Below the pieces are notes generated by a model. It made no database searches, was not told where the DNA came from, and saw nothing but the letters and a program-made list of their open reading frames with translations. The translations under genes and the position numbers were made by a program. Below are positions 51,783-63,489 of a DNA stretch of 63,489 nucleotides, in pieces; the first letter of the stretch is position 1, and every line of letters begins with the position of its first letter. This stretch comes from Salpingoeca rosetta (lineage: Eukaryota; Protista; Choanoflagellata). The stretch lies in assembly GCA_033442325.1 (NCBI GenBank), contig JAWQFM010000001.1, positions 2,712,255 to 2,775,743 of the forward strand, written 5' to 3'.

Positions 51783-54700
51783 TCACACTGATGCTGTGAG
51801 GAGGGCGGTGGCAGCGGCAATTCCAGCACGCACGGCCGCGCCAACGGTGCTGGCCCTGTTCTCCGCCGCACACGCGAGCATTGCCCCAGCCAACCTGGGA
51901 AGAAGGAAGTTGTGTGACGTGGTGGTGGGGGGGGGTGTTGCTACAGTGAGGCGGTGAGCACGACACAACACAGGCACACACACTCCGTGCAAGCAGATGG
52001 TGCACACATGCGTACGCAAGCAAGCAAGCCACAGGCACACCAACACAGGCACCTCCCGAAGCACGCACGTGTCGCCGGCTCCTGTCACGTTTTCGACGCG
52101 TGTGAGGGGCTTTGTTGCGTAATGTGAGTAGCGGGTCGGTGTTTCGCTCCATGTAGTTGATGGTGATGGCGCAACAACACCATCGGGACCAAGTGTCACT
52201 ACCCACGTCACATTCGGGTAGCGGGGCAGCAGCTGGCGAAGGTTGTCGTCGTGAGCATGTGTGTATGTGTAGGTGTGCATGTGTGTATGTGTGTGTAGGT
52301 GTGCATGTGTGTATGTGTAGGTGTGCATGTGTGTATGTGTGTGCAAGTGTGTGTGTGTGTGTGTGTTTGTGAGCTGCAAGTAAGGATTGCAGCGAACATG
52401 CACTCTACTGCAACACAAGCAGTCCAACGAACCGACCAACACAATCCCCCTTCACACACTCACACGCGCACAAACGCACACACGCACCTCGTCTTGAACG
52501 ATGTTGAGAACGGCCTGTGCATCGGCGGTGTTTGGATCCACACGCGTGTGTGCTGATTGATGAGGAAGTTCCCTGAGGATGTGCGCAAACTCATGCACGT
52601 CTGGTGACAGCACAACACGTGCTGATGAAGATGAAGCCGTGTGCGTGTGCGCGTGCATGTGCTGTCCCCACACATCGAGAGCGAGCACGCGCTGTGATTT
52701 GATGATGGAGGTTGGCTCAATCCACAACAGTGCTGGGCAGAAACATCACGATTGAAAATACCAGTGGATGCAGGCGTGAGAGAAAAGTGTGCAGCCCACG
52801 TTTGTGATTCACACGCACGCAATGCACACACAAAATACACACACACAACACATCCACACACACAACGCACGATTCATACAACACACAAGTCACTCGCGCA
52901 ACAGCATGCATTACAGCACTGCCATCATCCCGCAGCACATTTCCGCTTCCGCTTCCGTTTGCATGTGTGTATGTGTGTGTGTGTGTGTGTGTGTGTACTT
53001 GATGGATCGGCGAGCGCGTGGAGCCGGTGCAGAAGACGTTCGTCGCAGTTGCAGTCCGCAAACCACACATCGGCGGCATCCAGCGCCTGCAACACGCGCG
53101 CATCGTCAAGCAGCGTTGCCTGCAGGCAATCGAGCGCGGTCATGTCGGCAATGGCAAACTTGAGGTTGCCGTCATTGTCGAGAATGGCGTTGTACACGGC
53201 AGTGCGAGCGTTGCCGACCTGTGGCAGAACAAGGTGCTGTGTTGACGCACGATAGACGCAGGGTGGCAATGGTTGGCGTTGGGAAGGGATGAGTTGAGTG
53301 TGGACATTTGAAGGGAAGTGATGGTGGATGAAAAGATGGACGGGACACAAGGAAAACAGAGCAAAGGTTAAATTGACAACGCAAGTGGCGAGATGGTGCG
53401 AGCAGCAAGGCATGGGTGCAAGTGGAATATCTACAGTGGACACTGATCAAGCAGAACGTAGCAGCTTCACTGCACATACACACACGCACACTAGTACTTG
53501 GGTACACGCATATTTATACGCACTCTGTGATATTCCGCTACAACCATAATTTTTTGCGCTCGCACCCAAATACAAGGACGCACTTGCCAGCCCCCACACA
53601 TTCAAACAACACACAAATACGACAGCGGCAGCACCATGTTTCCTGCTGCGTGTGCGTCCTTTGCGATGACATCGCCGAGGAGATCAGCGCCGAGCGAGGT
53701 GACGAGGCCAACACCACCACGCGATGTACCACTGCCGCGTGCGCGCATGTGTTTGGCAGCGGCGGCAGCGACGTTTCGGGCAACGCCCCCACATGACAGC
53801 GCGACAGCGCCGTAGTTGGTGCTGCTGCTCACCACCCTGTTGTTGGTTGGGGTGTTGGAGTGGTGGTCGACAGTGCATGTGAGAGAAGGTATGGGTGTGA
53901 CAAGCAAGTTGCGCGGATGGTAAAAACAGCAAGACGTTGGATAAAGAGCAAAGAAGGGGGGGGGCTTGAAGAAGAGGGTCATGGGAGCAAACGCTTCAGT
54001 TGTCGACAGAAGCGCTAGCGGCCATATCCACAGGCAAGACCAAAGACCGTGACACCACCAACACACCACGCATTAACGTACTCGTCCGAGTGAAACTTTG
54101 AGATGATGTCGCACACTGCGCCGCCAAATCCAACGACGGCCGGCGGTCGGGTGCCGCTGTTAAACCACACCGATGGTGGTGGTAAAATACAGGGTTGTGA
54201 TGGCAAAATATGGATGGTGATGGCAAAATATGGAAGCGGAAAATACGGACAATTGCAAATGAGGAAAGTGGATAGTTGGGTAAGATGACAAGTGGAAGGT
54301 GGCGTTTGCAAATATGGAAAGTGAAAGGTGCGAAAAGCGGACAGTGATGATGGTAAAACCATGGAATGTGGAGAGTGGTGATGGTAAAATATGCAAGGCG
54401 GTGGCAAAATATGATGCTGAGTAGCAGTTGTGATGGTAAAATGTGGTGACATGACATGACATGATGGTGGTGTGTGAAGGCAAAGTGTGTTGTGGTGCCT
54501 GAAGGCAAAGTGTTGTGGTGCGTTGTTGGGACTGTGACACAGGCAGTTTCAAAGAACAAATTGAGGTGAAACAACGGAAAAGCCCACGAATATGTGTGCC
54601 AGTCCGCCCATCGCAGATGTTGCAGGAAGGGCACATCACACACGTGATATTGAACTCATACCGCTGTTGCTGGTCGTTGGCGCTTGCAGCTGAGGTGGTC

Positions 54701-57487
54701 GTGGTTGCGTAGCTTCGGCGCGTGTGTGTCAGCGCTGCGTGGGAGCGCGCAATGCGAGCGCCCGTCCGCGCGTTGTTCTTGATCTGTTGCACGAAGGTCG
54801 GAAAGATGCAAAGCAGTTCAGGAGAATATGGGTAGTTACATCAGAAACGCACGTGCACTCAGTCACACATACACACATGTGGCCGCACACATACTGCATG
54901 ATACGCATACATACGCACATACATACACACGCACATACACACATACATACATACACAAGCACGCACACACACACCACAAAGCAAATGGCACGCATGCTCG
55001 TATGCGCAGGTCTTACGAGCTCAATGTTTGTGGCGAGCGACCGCCCCTGCGTTGCTTTGTTGACGAACTGCAGCAGAAACGGCGTTACCTCCTTCCCCAT
55101 AACGTTTGCAGCCTGGTATACGCAGAAGCACACAAGCATGTATGCAAGTAACAGGGTGTTGTAGTGAATGCGTGTGTGTTCGTGGATTCATACACATGGC
55201 TGTGTTGGTTGTCACTGCAAGGCTCGATGCAGAGCCAATGTTCGGGGTTCGCCACCACCTTGGCCGCAGCGAGGCCGTCCTCGATGGCAGCGTCCACATC
55301 TGCTGGAGCAAGGGGAACGAGATGCAGCCATGAACACTCACGGACACATACTGCAAGTACATCCACGTCGTTCTCTTGCTCTTGGTATGATTGCCTTCTC
55401 CCGTCTCTGAGCGCACATACACACACAAACACAAGCACAAACACAAGCACAAACACAAACACAAGCACAAGCACAAACACAAGCACAAGCACAAACACAA
55501 ACACAACACACACACGTGCACACATGCACACACAAACACAAACACACGCGCACGCGTGCCTTTGCCGAGGTCGTGTTGTGCTGGTACGGGAACGGCAAAC
55601 ACGAGGCCGCTGCTAACGCCCAGTGAGAGGTGCGAGTGCAGACATTTTGCTGCTTCTTCCTCGCTTGGCAACGAATATGGTGCCATGTGCGCGCTCCTTG
55701 GTGGTGTGAAGCGTTGATTGTCGACAGAAGCAACAGCACACAAACATGTTGGCACAGGTGAGTGCTGGCTAAGCACATTGCGCGCCCATGCGAGCACACA
55801 CGCAATCGACCAACGTGCACTCACACACACGCACTCACTCACTCACTTTCACACACACTCACACACATACCCACACACTTTCACATACACACACTCTTTC
55901 ACATACACACTCGCACACACACTCACTCACTCACACACACTCACTCACTCACTCACTCACTCACACACTCACTCACACACTCACTCACACACTCTCTCAG
56001 TTTCACGCAAACCCCCGCCCCCACCCCCCACACCATGCACACACGAACGCTGTGCAGGGCCCACTTTGCGGCGAAGAAGGCGGGAAACTCCCGCTGCCGT
56101 CCGATTGTGGCAACAAACACGCCCTGTGTCTCAAGCGCCTCGAGGGTGCGTCCAATGTCCAATATGCTCTTAACACCGGAGCAGACAACAGCAACGGGGG
56201 TGCGCCCGAGCTCGGTAATGTCCGCCGACACGTCCATGGTGACGTGGCCGTCACGATGCACACCGCCAAGCCCGCCCGTCACAAACACGGGAATGCGAGC
56301 CATGTGGGCGGCGATCATGGTGCCGGCGACGGTGGTGGCGCCGAGCTTGCCTTGCGACAGCACATACGCCATGTCACGGCGGGACGCTTTGGTCACCTTC
56401 CAGCGGACGTGCATGGCATCACGATACACAGCGTGTCACATCGTCAGTCAGTGTCGGCCCAAAACGACGCTCCATGGGACAAGCATGGATAAGCAATCAC
56501 CGCCATTTGTATCCGTCGGAACTGTGCAAAGACAAACAGCTGCGCAAAGCATGCAACTCGCGCACACACACGCAGGTGGATAGGTACACACAGATGCACA
56601 GACACACAGGTGCCCCTCGCACACACACACAACCACACAAAGGCGCATACACGCACAATCTCTCTTTCTCTCTTTCTCTCTCTTCTCTGTCTCTCTCTCG
56701 CTATCTTCTGACTCAAAGGCTTTGTATGTGTGCACCTCTTTTGCGTTGGCGAGCAGGTGAATGTCGTCCTCGTTCATGCCAACACGAATGCGGCCGTTCA
56801 TAATGCCAATTGTGGCAGGAATGCATCCCTCGTGCCGCACACACTCTTCAACAGCAAGTGCCGTCTCCACGTTGTCGGGGAATGGCTGAATGCCGGCATC
56901 ATCGTCGAATACACGCACGCACGCACACACACACACACAACACACACACACACAAACACACACACACGCATGTACACACACACGCACGCACGCACGCATG
57001 TACACACACGCATAACACAAGGCAGTGTGAGCGTACGGCCTGTCTTGTGCACTTGGTCTTACTGAGCCAACTGCGCTTAAGGCAACGCAATGGAGGCAGC
57101 ATCAAGAAGAACAGCAAACACATACGCACGCACCATGCCATGGCTGATGATGGTGGATTCCAGTGCCACGACGGGGCGCCCATCTTGTTGTGCCTGTAGC
57201 ACCTCCTCGCTAACATCAAGCAAAGGGTGCTTCTGTCCGATCTTGGCTGCTGTGCTCAACAGGCGAACGCCCGGCTGCCTCTGGTGATGCAGGTGCGGCC
57301 GGAGGGGTGTTTGCTGTTTCTGCTGCTGCCGCTGATGGCTGTGGCAGCGGTGACATCCAGTCGCTGGGCTACCCGGAATTGTGGCGCTTGCAGCGACAGT
57401 ACCAGCCACAGCAGTGCGCCATGTTAAGATGGCCTGTTGAACACAGCGGGCACTGCGGTGCTGCCCAGCCCACAACCGCTGCATCAT
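51783..57487 (-). CDS. psuG: Bifunctional pseudouridine-5'-phosphate glycosidase (PsuG/IndA) plus PfkB-family pseudouridine kinase, with N-terminal extension
   Basis: PsuG motifs [81 protein letters not shown] and NNA. PfkB motifs [25 protein letters not shown] and NVTGAGDT. The introns I checked are in phase. Confidence 0.93.
54170..54450. repeat. Degenerate spaced repeat, core (T/G)GTGATGG(C/T)AAAAT(A)TG, about 8 copies, in a PsuG-PsuK intron
   Basis: Copies start near 54173, 54196, 54215, 54343, 54375, 54398 and 54428, with weaker copies near 54232 and 54305. Spacers differ in length and sequence. Confidence 0.7.
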
Positions 57488-57627
57488 CACCACCACCACC
57501 AAGCACAGAAGATCAGCAAGAAGACAAGCGAGCGAGGTGTGCACTGTTGCTCAGTCAGCGAAGTACTGCTGAAATCTGGTGTGAATCTTTGGTCATTTCT
57601 CTACAATCACCGCACGACACGACCACG
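57488..57627. promoter_or_regulatory. Compact bidirectional promoter region between PsuG-PsuK and CPSF3
   Basis: The two divergent ATGs are separated by only 140 bp. Confidence 0.6.
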
Positions 57628-57969
57628 ATGAGCGCGAAGCGAACGGCAGCAGAGGCAGATGCAGACGCATCGATGAGTGTGGGTGGTGGTGGTGACAAAG
57701 GGCCTGCAAGCAGCAGTGGAAAGAATGCAGGAGACAAGAAAGCAGATATGGGCGCCGCTGATGCTGATCCAAACGTGCTCACCATCACCCCGTTGTACGT
57801 CGTTGCGCAAGCTGCTGGCTTGGTGCTGGTGTGCGGCTGCATGTGCCATTGCATGGGGTGTTAGTGCATGCAATTGTCACTGCACCACAACCTGCTGGTT
57901 ACATCTGCATTGACTCTGTGTGTGTGTGTGTGCTTGTGTGCTTGTGTGGTTATGTTTTTTGTTCTTTGA

Positions 57970-58023
<54 letters not shown>

Positions 58024-58528
58024 TGCAGGGGAGCTGGGCAAGAGGTCGGCCGGTCCTGTCACATTCTGAAGTTCAAGGGATTCACCATCATGGTAAGAGC
58101 ACGCCAGAACTTGATATCCCACTCTCACCTCCACACCACTGGCGCTTTGTGCATTTTTGAATCCTCCTTCAAGAGCCTATACCCAGACCTGTGCTCATCA
58201 CTGTATGTGCAACCTCCGCCTTGCTCACACCATGAACACACGCCCGCGCGTTTTTGTCATCAGTTGGATTGTGGCATCCACCCTGGCCTGAAAGGCAAGG
58301 CCAGCCTGCCCTTTGTGAGCCAGATTGAGCTCAACAAGATTGATCTTGTTCTCATCACTCACTTTCATCTGGACCACTGCGGCGCACTCCCCTGGCTCCT
58401 CGAGAGGGTGTGTGTCCGTGTGTGTCCGTGTGTGTCCGTGTGTCTGTCTGTCCGTCTGTGTCTGTCTGTCTGTACGTGCGTCTGTGTGTGTGTGTGTCTG
58501 TGTGTGTGTGTGCGTGTGTGTGTGTGTG

Positions 58529-58563
<35 letters not shown>

Positions 58564-58876
58564 ACGTGCGTCTGTCTGCATGTCTATGTGTCTGTGCGTG
58601 CGTCTGTCTGCATGTCTATGTGTCTGTGCGTGCGTCTGTGTGTCGTAGCCCTGCCGTGTGCCCCTAGCCCTTGTTCTTGACCCCCCACATGCTTGGCTTG
58701 ATCACGTGCAGAGTACGTTCAGCGGGCGCGTGTTCATGACGCCGGCCACAAAGGCCATCTACCGCTGGATTCTCGAGGATTACGTGCGAGTCAGGTGCGT
58801 GACCAACACCACTGCCCTTTGTGTCGGCGTGCACCTGCATCCTTGTTTTGCTCGTGCGGTGCAGCAGCAAAGCGCC

Positions 58877-58960
<84 letters not shown>

Positions 58961-59090
58961 GGGTTTCTCACCGCTCATGTGTGTCACGCACGCGGTCTGT
59001 TCAACAGCAATATCTCCAACTTTGCAGAAATGTATTCACTCGAAGATGTGGAGAATTCACTGGCAAAGATTGAAACAATCTCATACCACC

Positions 59091-59136
<46 letters not shown>

Positions 59137-59397
59137 CGTAGCACGTGAACGTGCCGGTGTTGGTGATGAACAAGTTGATTCACTAATGCGTGCTGGCTTC
59201 CGTTTCTGCGTCGTGCTGTGTTTCGCGTCACATTCAACTGCATACACGCCATGTGAACCTCCAGGAAACAAACATGGACGGCGTTCGCTTCACACCGTAT
59301 TGCGCGGGACACGTTCTCGGAGCGTGCATGTTCGACATTGAGATTGCAGGCGTGCGGGTACGTGCTGTGTACGCCTGTCTGCTGCTTGAGCCTGTAC

Positions 59398-59468
<71 letters not shown>

Positions 59469-59479
59469 TGTGTGTGTAC

Positions 59480-59530
<51 letters not shown>

Positions 59531-60130
59531 TGCCTGCCTGTCTCCCAACGAACCACAACGTGTCGTGTCGCAACTTCAGTCGCCCTCGCTGGGATTGTGT
59601 GCCATGGAGCATTGCATCACGCCTGCTGCGATTTGACGTGTGCCTCACACACATTCACACACACGCGCGCGCGCGCATCCATTCACACACACATCCATAC
59701 ACACACGTGTGCACCCCTCCCGCCTATCCTATGGACGCCACCGCGCCCCTGCCCCACGGTGCAGCTGGTGTACACGGGCGATTTCAGCCGGGAGGAGGAC
59801 CGACACCTCATGGCTGCCGAAGTTCCGCCCAACTCACCAGACATCCTCATCACAGAGTCCACGTTTGGTGTCCGCCAGCACGAGTCGCGCCAGACGCGTG
59901 AGCACCGCTTCACCAAGACGATACACGATGTTGTTGACCGCGGTGGCCGCTGCCTCATTCCCGTCTTTGCTCTCGGTCGCGCCCAGGAGCTCCTGCTCAT
60001 CCTCGGTTCGTTGCCCATGCGGCTGCTGCTACTGCTGCTCGTCGCTGTGTGTGTTTGGTTATGTGTGTGTGTGTGTGTTTGTTTATGTGTGTGTGTGTGC
60101 GTTTACATGTGCTTGTGTTTCCTGTGTCTG

Positions 60131-60163
<33 letters not shown>

Positions 60164-60975
60164 CTGTGCCTGTGCAGGACTCTCCTCCTTATTGTCCATT
60201 GCCCACCGCTGTGCGTCGCTGTATGAGATGCACTTCACATCCCTCACAGCGGATGCTCCATCGCTCGTGCATATGTGTGCTTGTGCGCGTGTGTGCAGAT
60301 GACTATTGGCAGAACCACGACGAGCTGCACCGCGTTCCCATCTACTACGCGTCCGCGCTCGCCCGCCGCTGCATGGCTGTTTACAAGGTGCTGCCATGTG
60401 CCCGCTCCCCCTCCCCCTGTCTGTGGTTGCCGCTACCGTGCGAGTGTGCCGTGCAGGTTCTGTCTGTATTGGCTGGCATTCTGCTGTGTTTACATGTGTG
60501 GGCCCCGTCATCATGCTTGTGAAGTCACACACGTGCGCATTCTTTCGTCATTGTCCTCACATGCACAACCCACACGCGCGCGCGCACACACACCAAAATA
60601 CACACCACAACATACACACCACACCATACACACGCCACACGCGACTGCCCATTGAATGCTATTCATGTGCTGCTGTGTCCTGCAGACGTATGTGAATGTC
60701 ATGAAGGAGAGCATTCAGAAGACAATCTCCATCAACAACCCCTTCAACTTCCGGCACGTCTCCTACATCAGGGTCAGAAGCAATTAAATGCCTGTCGTGT
60801 TGTGTATGTGCGTGTGCGTATGTGTGTGTGTATGTGTGTATGTGTGTGCACTCGCGACCATTCTGACTTCCCATGCACCACCACCATCGCCGCCATTCTT
60901 CCCTCCTTCTCCCTCCTTCTCGTGTCCAGAATCTCCACCAGTTTGACGGCGAATACGGCGGCGGTGCGTCTCCCG

Positions 60976-61056
<81 letters not shown>

Positions 61057-61207
61057 GCGCGCACACATAGGCGCGCACAACTGCTGCTGCTTGTTGTTGG
61101 CTGTTTGTTGTTTGTTGTCGTCGCGTGCATTTCATGCTTGCGAGTATCCTGGCGCAATTGCCCTTCCGGTTTACTCCTTTGTGCTTGCCACACCACCACC
61201 GCCACCG

Positions 61208-61278
<71 letters not shown>

Positions 61279-61828
61279 AATATGTCCGCGCCACAGGGCC
61301 GTGCGTGATGCTTGCCAGTCCCGGTATGCTGCAGAGTGGTCTCTCCCGCGAAATCTTCGAGCGGTGAGAGCAGCGTCTCATGTGTGTGCGCACGCTGTTA
61401 CTGCTGCTGTTGCTGTTGTTGTTGTTGTTGTTGTTGCTGCTGCTGTTACCATTGCTCCTGTTTGGGCCTTCTGTATCGTTGATTGTGCCTACATGTTCGC
61501 GTGTGTGTTAACGTCTTCTTCGTCTGTGTGTGTGATTCTATCTCTGTGTGTTATCTCTCTGCCCATGGCTCTGTGGTTGCGTGTGTGCGTTGCAGGTGGG
61601 CTTCGAACAAGGCCAACTGTGTGCTGCTCGCTGGCTACGTTGTGAATGGCACCCTGGCAAAGGACTTGCTCAAGGCGCCCAAGAAGGTGCACTGTCCACA
61701 ATGACGCTCCAACCACACACACACACACACACACGCGCGCGCGCGTGTTGCTTTCTGTTTGCGCCCGTGTCTTCATATGTGGTCATCGCGCTTGATGCCC
61801 CGTGTCTTCGCGCCCATCTACAATGCGC

Positions 61829-61900
<72 letters not shown>

Positions 61901-62507
61901 GTGTGCGATTACGGGCAGACGAGGCTGTTGGCATACATTCACAGACGCTTGTTGCACCTCCACCTTGCACATGCACCGATACTGCAACCAGGTGACGAGC
62001 GAGGCCGGGCACAAGATTGATCGCGAGTGCGACATTGCGTACATCTCCTTCTCCGCACACGTCGACTACGCACAGAACAGAGATTTCATTCGCGCCCTCG
62101 ACCCAACACACATTGTGCGCAAGTTTCGGGGAGGATAGATGGTGCAGGGGAGAAGACACAAGATACAGCGACTGTCTGTGTCTGTCTGTGTGTGTCTGTC
62201 TGTCTGTCTGTCTGGCTGTCTATCTGTGTGTGTGTGTGTGCTGGCCTCTTGTTGATCGAACTGTGAGCCAACGAGTACTCCGACTCACCCATATGCATTC
62301 ACGCGTATCTGTTGGTGGCAGGTGCTCGTGCACGGAGAGAAGCACGAGATGGGGCGGTTCAAGATGCAGATCACAACAGACCTCGAGGCAGACCAGAAGA
62401 CAGCCAGCGTCTTTGATCCGCGAAACGCAGAGACCGTTCTCCTCCACTATCGCGGAGAGAAAATGGCAAAGGTGTGCTGTGTGCGCGCGCGCGCGTGTGT
62501 GTGTGTG

Positions 62508-62539
<32 letters not shown>

Positions 62540-63067
62540 CGTGTGTGTGTGTGTGTCCGTTTGTGTGTGTGTCCGTTTGTGTGTGTCCGTTTGCCTGTCT
62601 GCCTGCCAGTCTGTCTGTCCGTCTGTCTGTGCGTCCGTCCGTCTGCCTGTGACGCGCGTACCCAATCTCTGCCTACCGATCCACACTTCTCTCCATCTGC
62701 GCACCTTGGTCCGCGCTGACGCTGTGACTCACATGCTTCCCTCTCCCCCTCCCCCGATTGTTGCACTGCAGGTGCTTGGGTCGCTGGCGCAGTCTGGTCC
62801 GGTGCAGGGCCGCCGCGTCTCCGGCATCCTCGTGGCGAAGGAGTTCAACTACATGGTTGTCGCTCCAACCGAGCTCGGCGGTGCGTGCACTCACGACTCG
62901 TCTCTGTTGTCATGAGGGACTGTGAGGCGGTGCAGGTGCACGTGTGCCTGTCTGCCTGCATGTGTGGATGTGTGCTTGTGCATGTGTCTGCCTGCATGTG
63001 TGGATGTGTGCTTGTGCATGTGTCTGGTTGCGTGTGTGTGTGTGTGTGTGTGGATGTGTGCTTGTGC

Positions 63068-63098
<31 letters not shown>

Positions 63099-63375
63099 CG
63101 TGCAACTGCACATGGTGTTTACCCACGGCTTCCATCCCGTCATCCCATCCCCACCTCACCTCTCCCTCCTATTCCTTCATCTCCCTTTCTTCCCAACAGA
63201 GTACACGGAGCTTCGCACGACGACAATCCGCCAGCGACAGGCCGTGTCGTTCCCGTACACGCTGGAGCTTCTGCACAACATCCTCGCGCAGGTGCACGGC
63301 GCTGCCAGCGTCGCGTACGTCGAGACGGAGATGAACAGGATCGGCCATCGCCCACAGCGCACGCGCGCCCTGGAG
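57628..63375 (+). CDS. CPSF3: CPSF73 pre-mRNA 3'-end endonuclease (metallo-beta-lactamase/beta-CASP), 3' end runs off the window
   Basis: [113 protein letters not shown] and LVHGE. Confidence 0.96.
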
Positions 63376-63489
63376 GTGCGTGTGTGTGTGTGTCCGTGTT
63401 TTGTGTTTTGTGTTTGTGTTTTGTGTGTGTGTGTGTGTCCGTGTTTTTGGGTTTGTGTGTGTGTGTGTGTGTATGTGTGTGTGTGTGTG

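Noticed and set aside
54170-54450. CRISPR-like repeat/spacer appearance
   Set aside because: The repeats are short and degenerate with irregular spacers, there are no cas genes, and the context is a eukaryotic intron.

Overview
Eukaryotic, intron-dense, gene-dense DNA whose introns are full of (GT)n/(CA)n microsatellites. The style fits a choanoflagellate such as Salpingoeca rosetta, but that is inference and was not verified. I reconstructed 12 spliced genes by hand: a DENN-domain Rab GEF (partial, -), a P4-ATPase flippase (+), a Scm3/HJURP-like CENP-A chaperone (+), KDEL receptor ERD2 (-), a MORN-repeat protein (+), glutathione synthetase (-), PDS5 (+), a 13-exon ~1455-aa multi-zinc-finger/polyQ/ankyrin protein (-), DDX49/Dbp8 helicase (-), eIF2B gamma (+), a PsuG-PsuK pseudouridine catabolism fusion (-) and CPSF73 (partial, +). 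Ten of the 12 genes form head-to-head pairs. The most interesting observations are: (1) the Scm3/HJURP-like gene; (2) the ZC3H7/HELZ-like zinc-finger-ankyrin gene that the ORF track shows only as fragments; (3) polarised complementary GT(5')/CA(3') intron microsatellites, with CA tracts replacing the polypyrimidine tract; (4) a 179-bp insertion inside a (TTC)n tract; (5) an interstitial telomeric repeat; (6) a spaced repeat array in a PsuG intron. Three places look like assembly or sequencing errors (DENN, DDX49, PDS5). I found no rRNA, tRNA, CRISPR array or intact mobile element. All family assignments come from motif recognition, not database searches.
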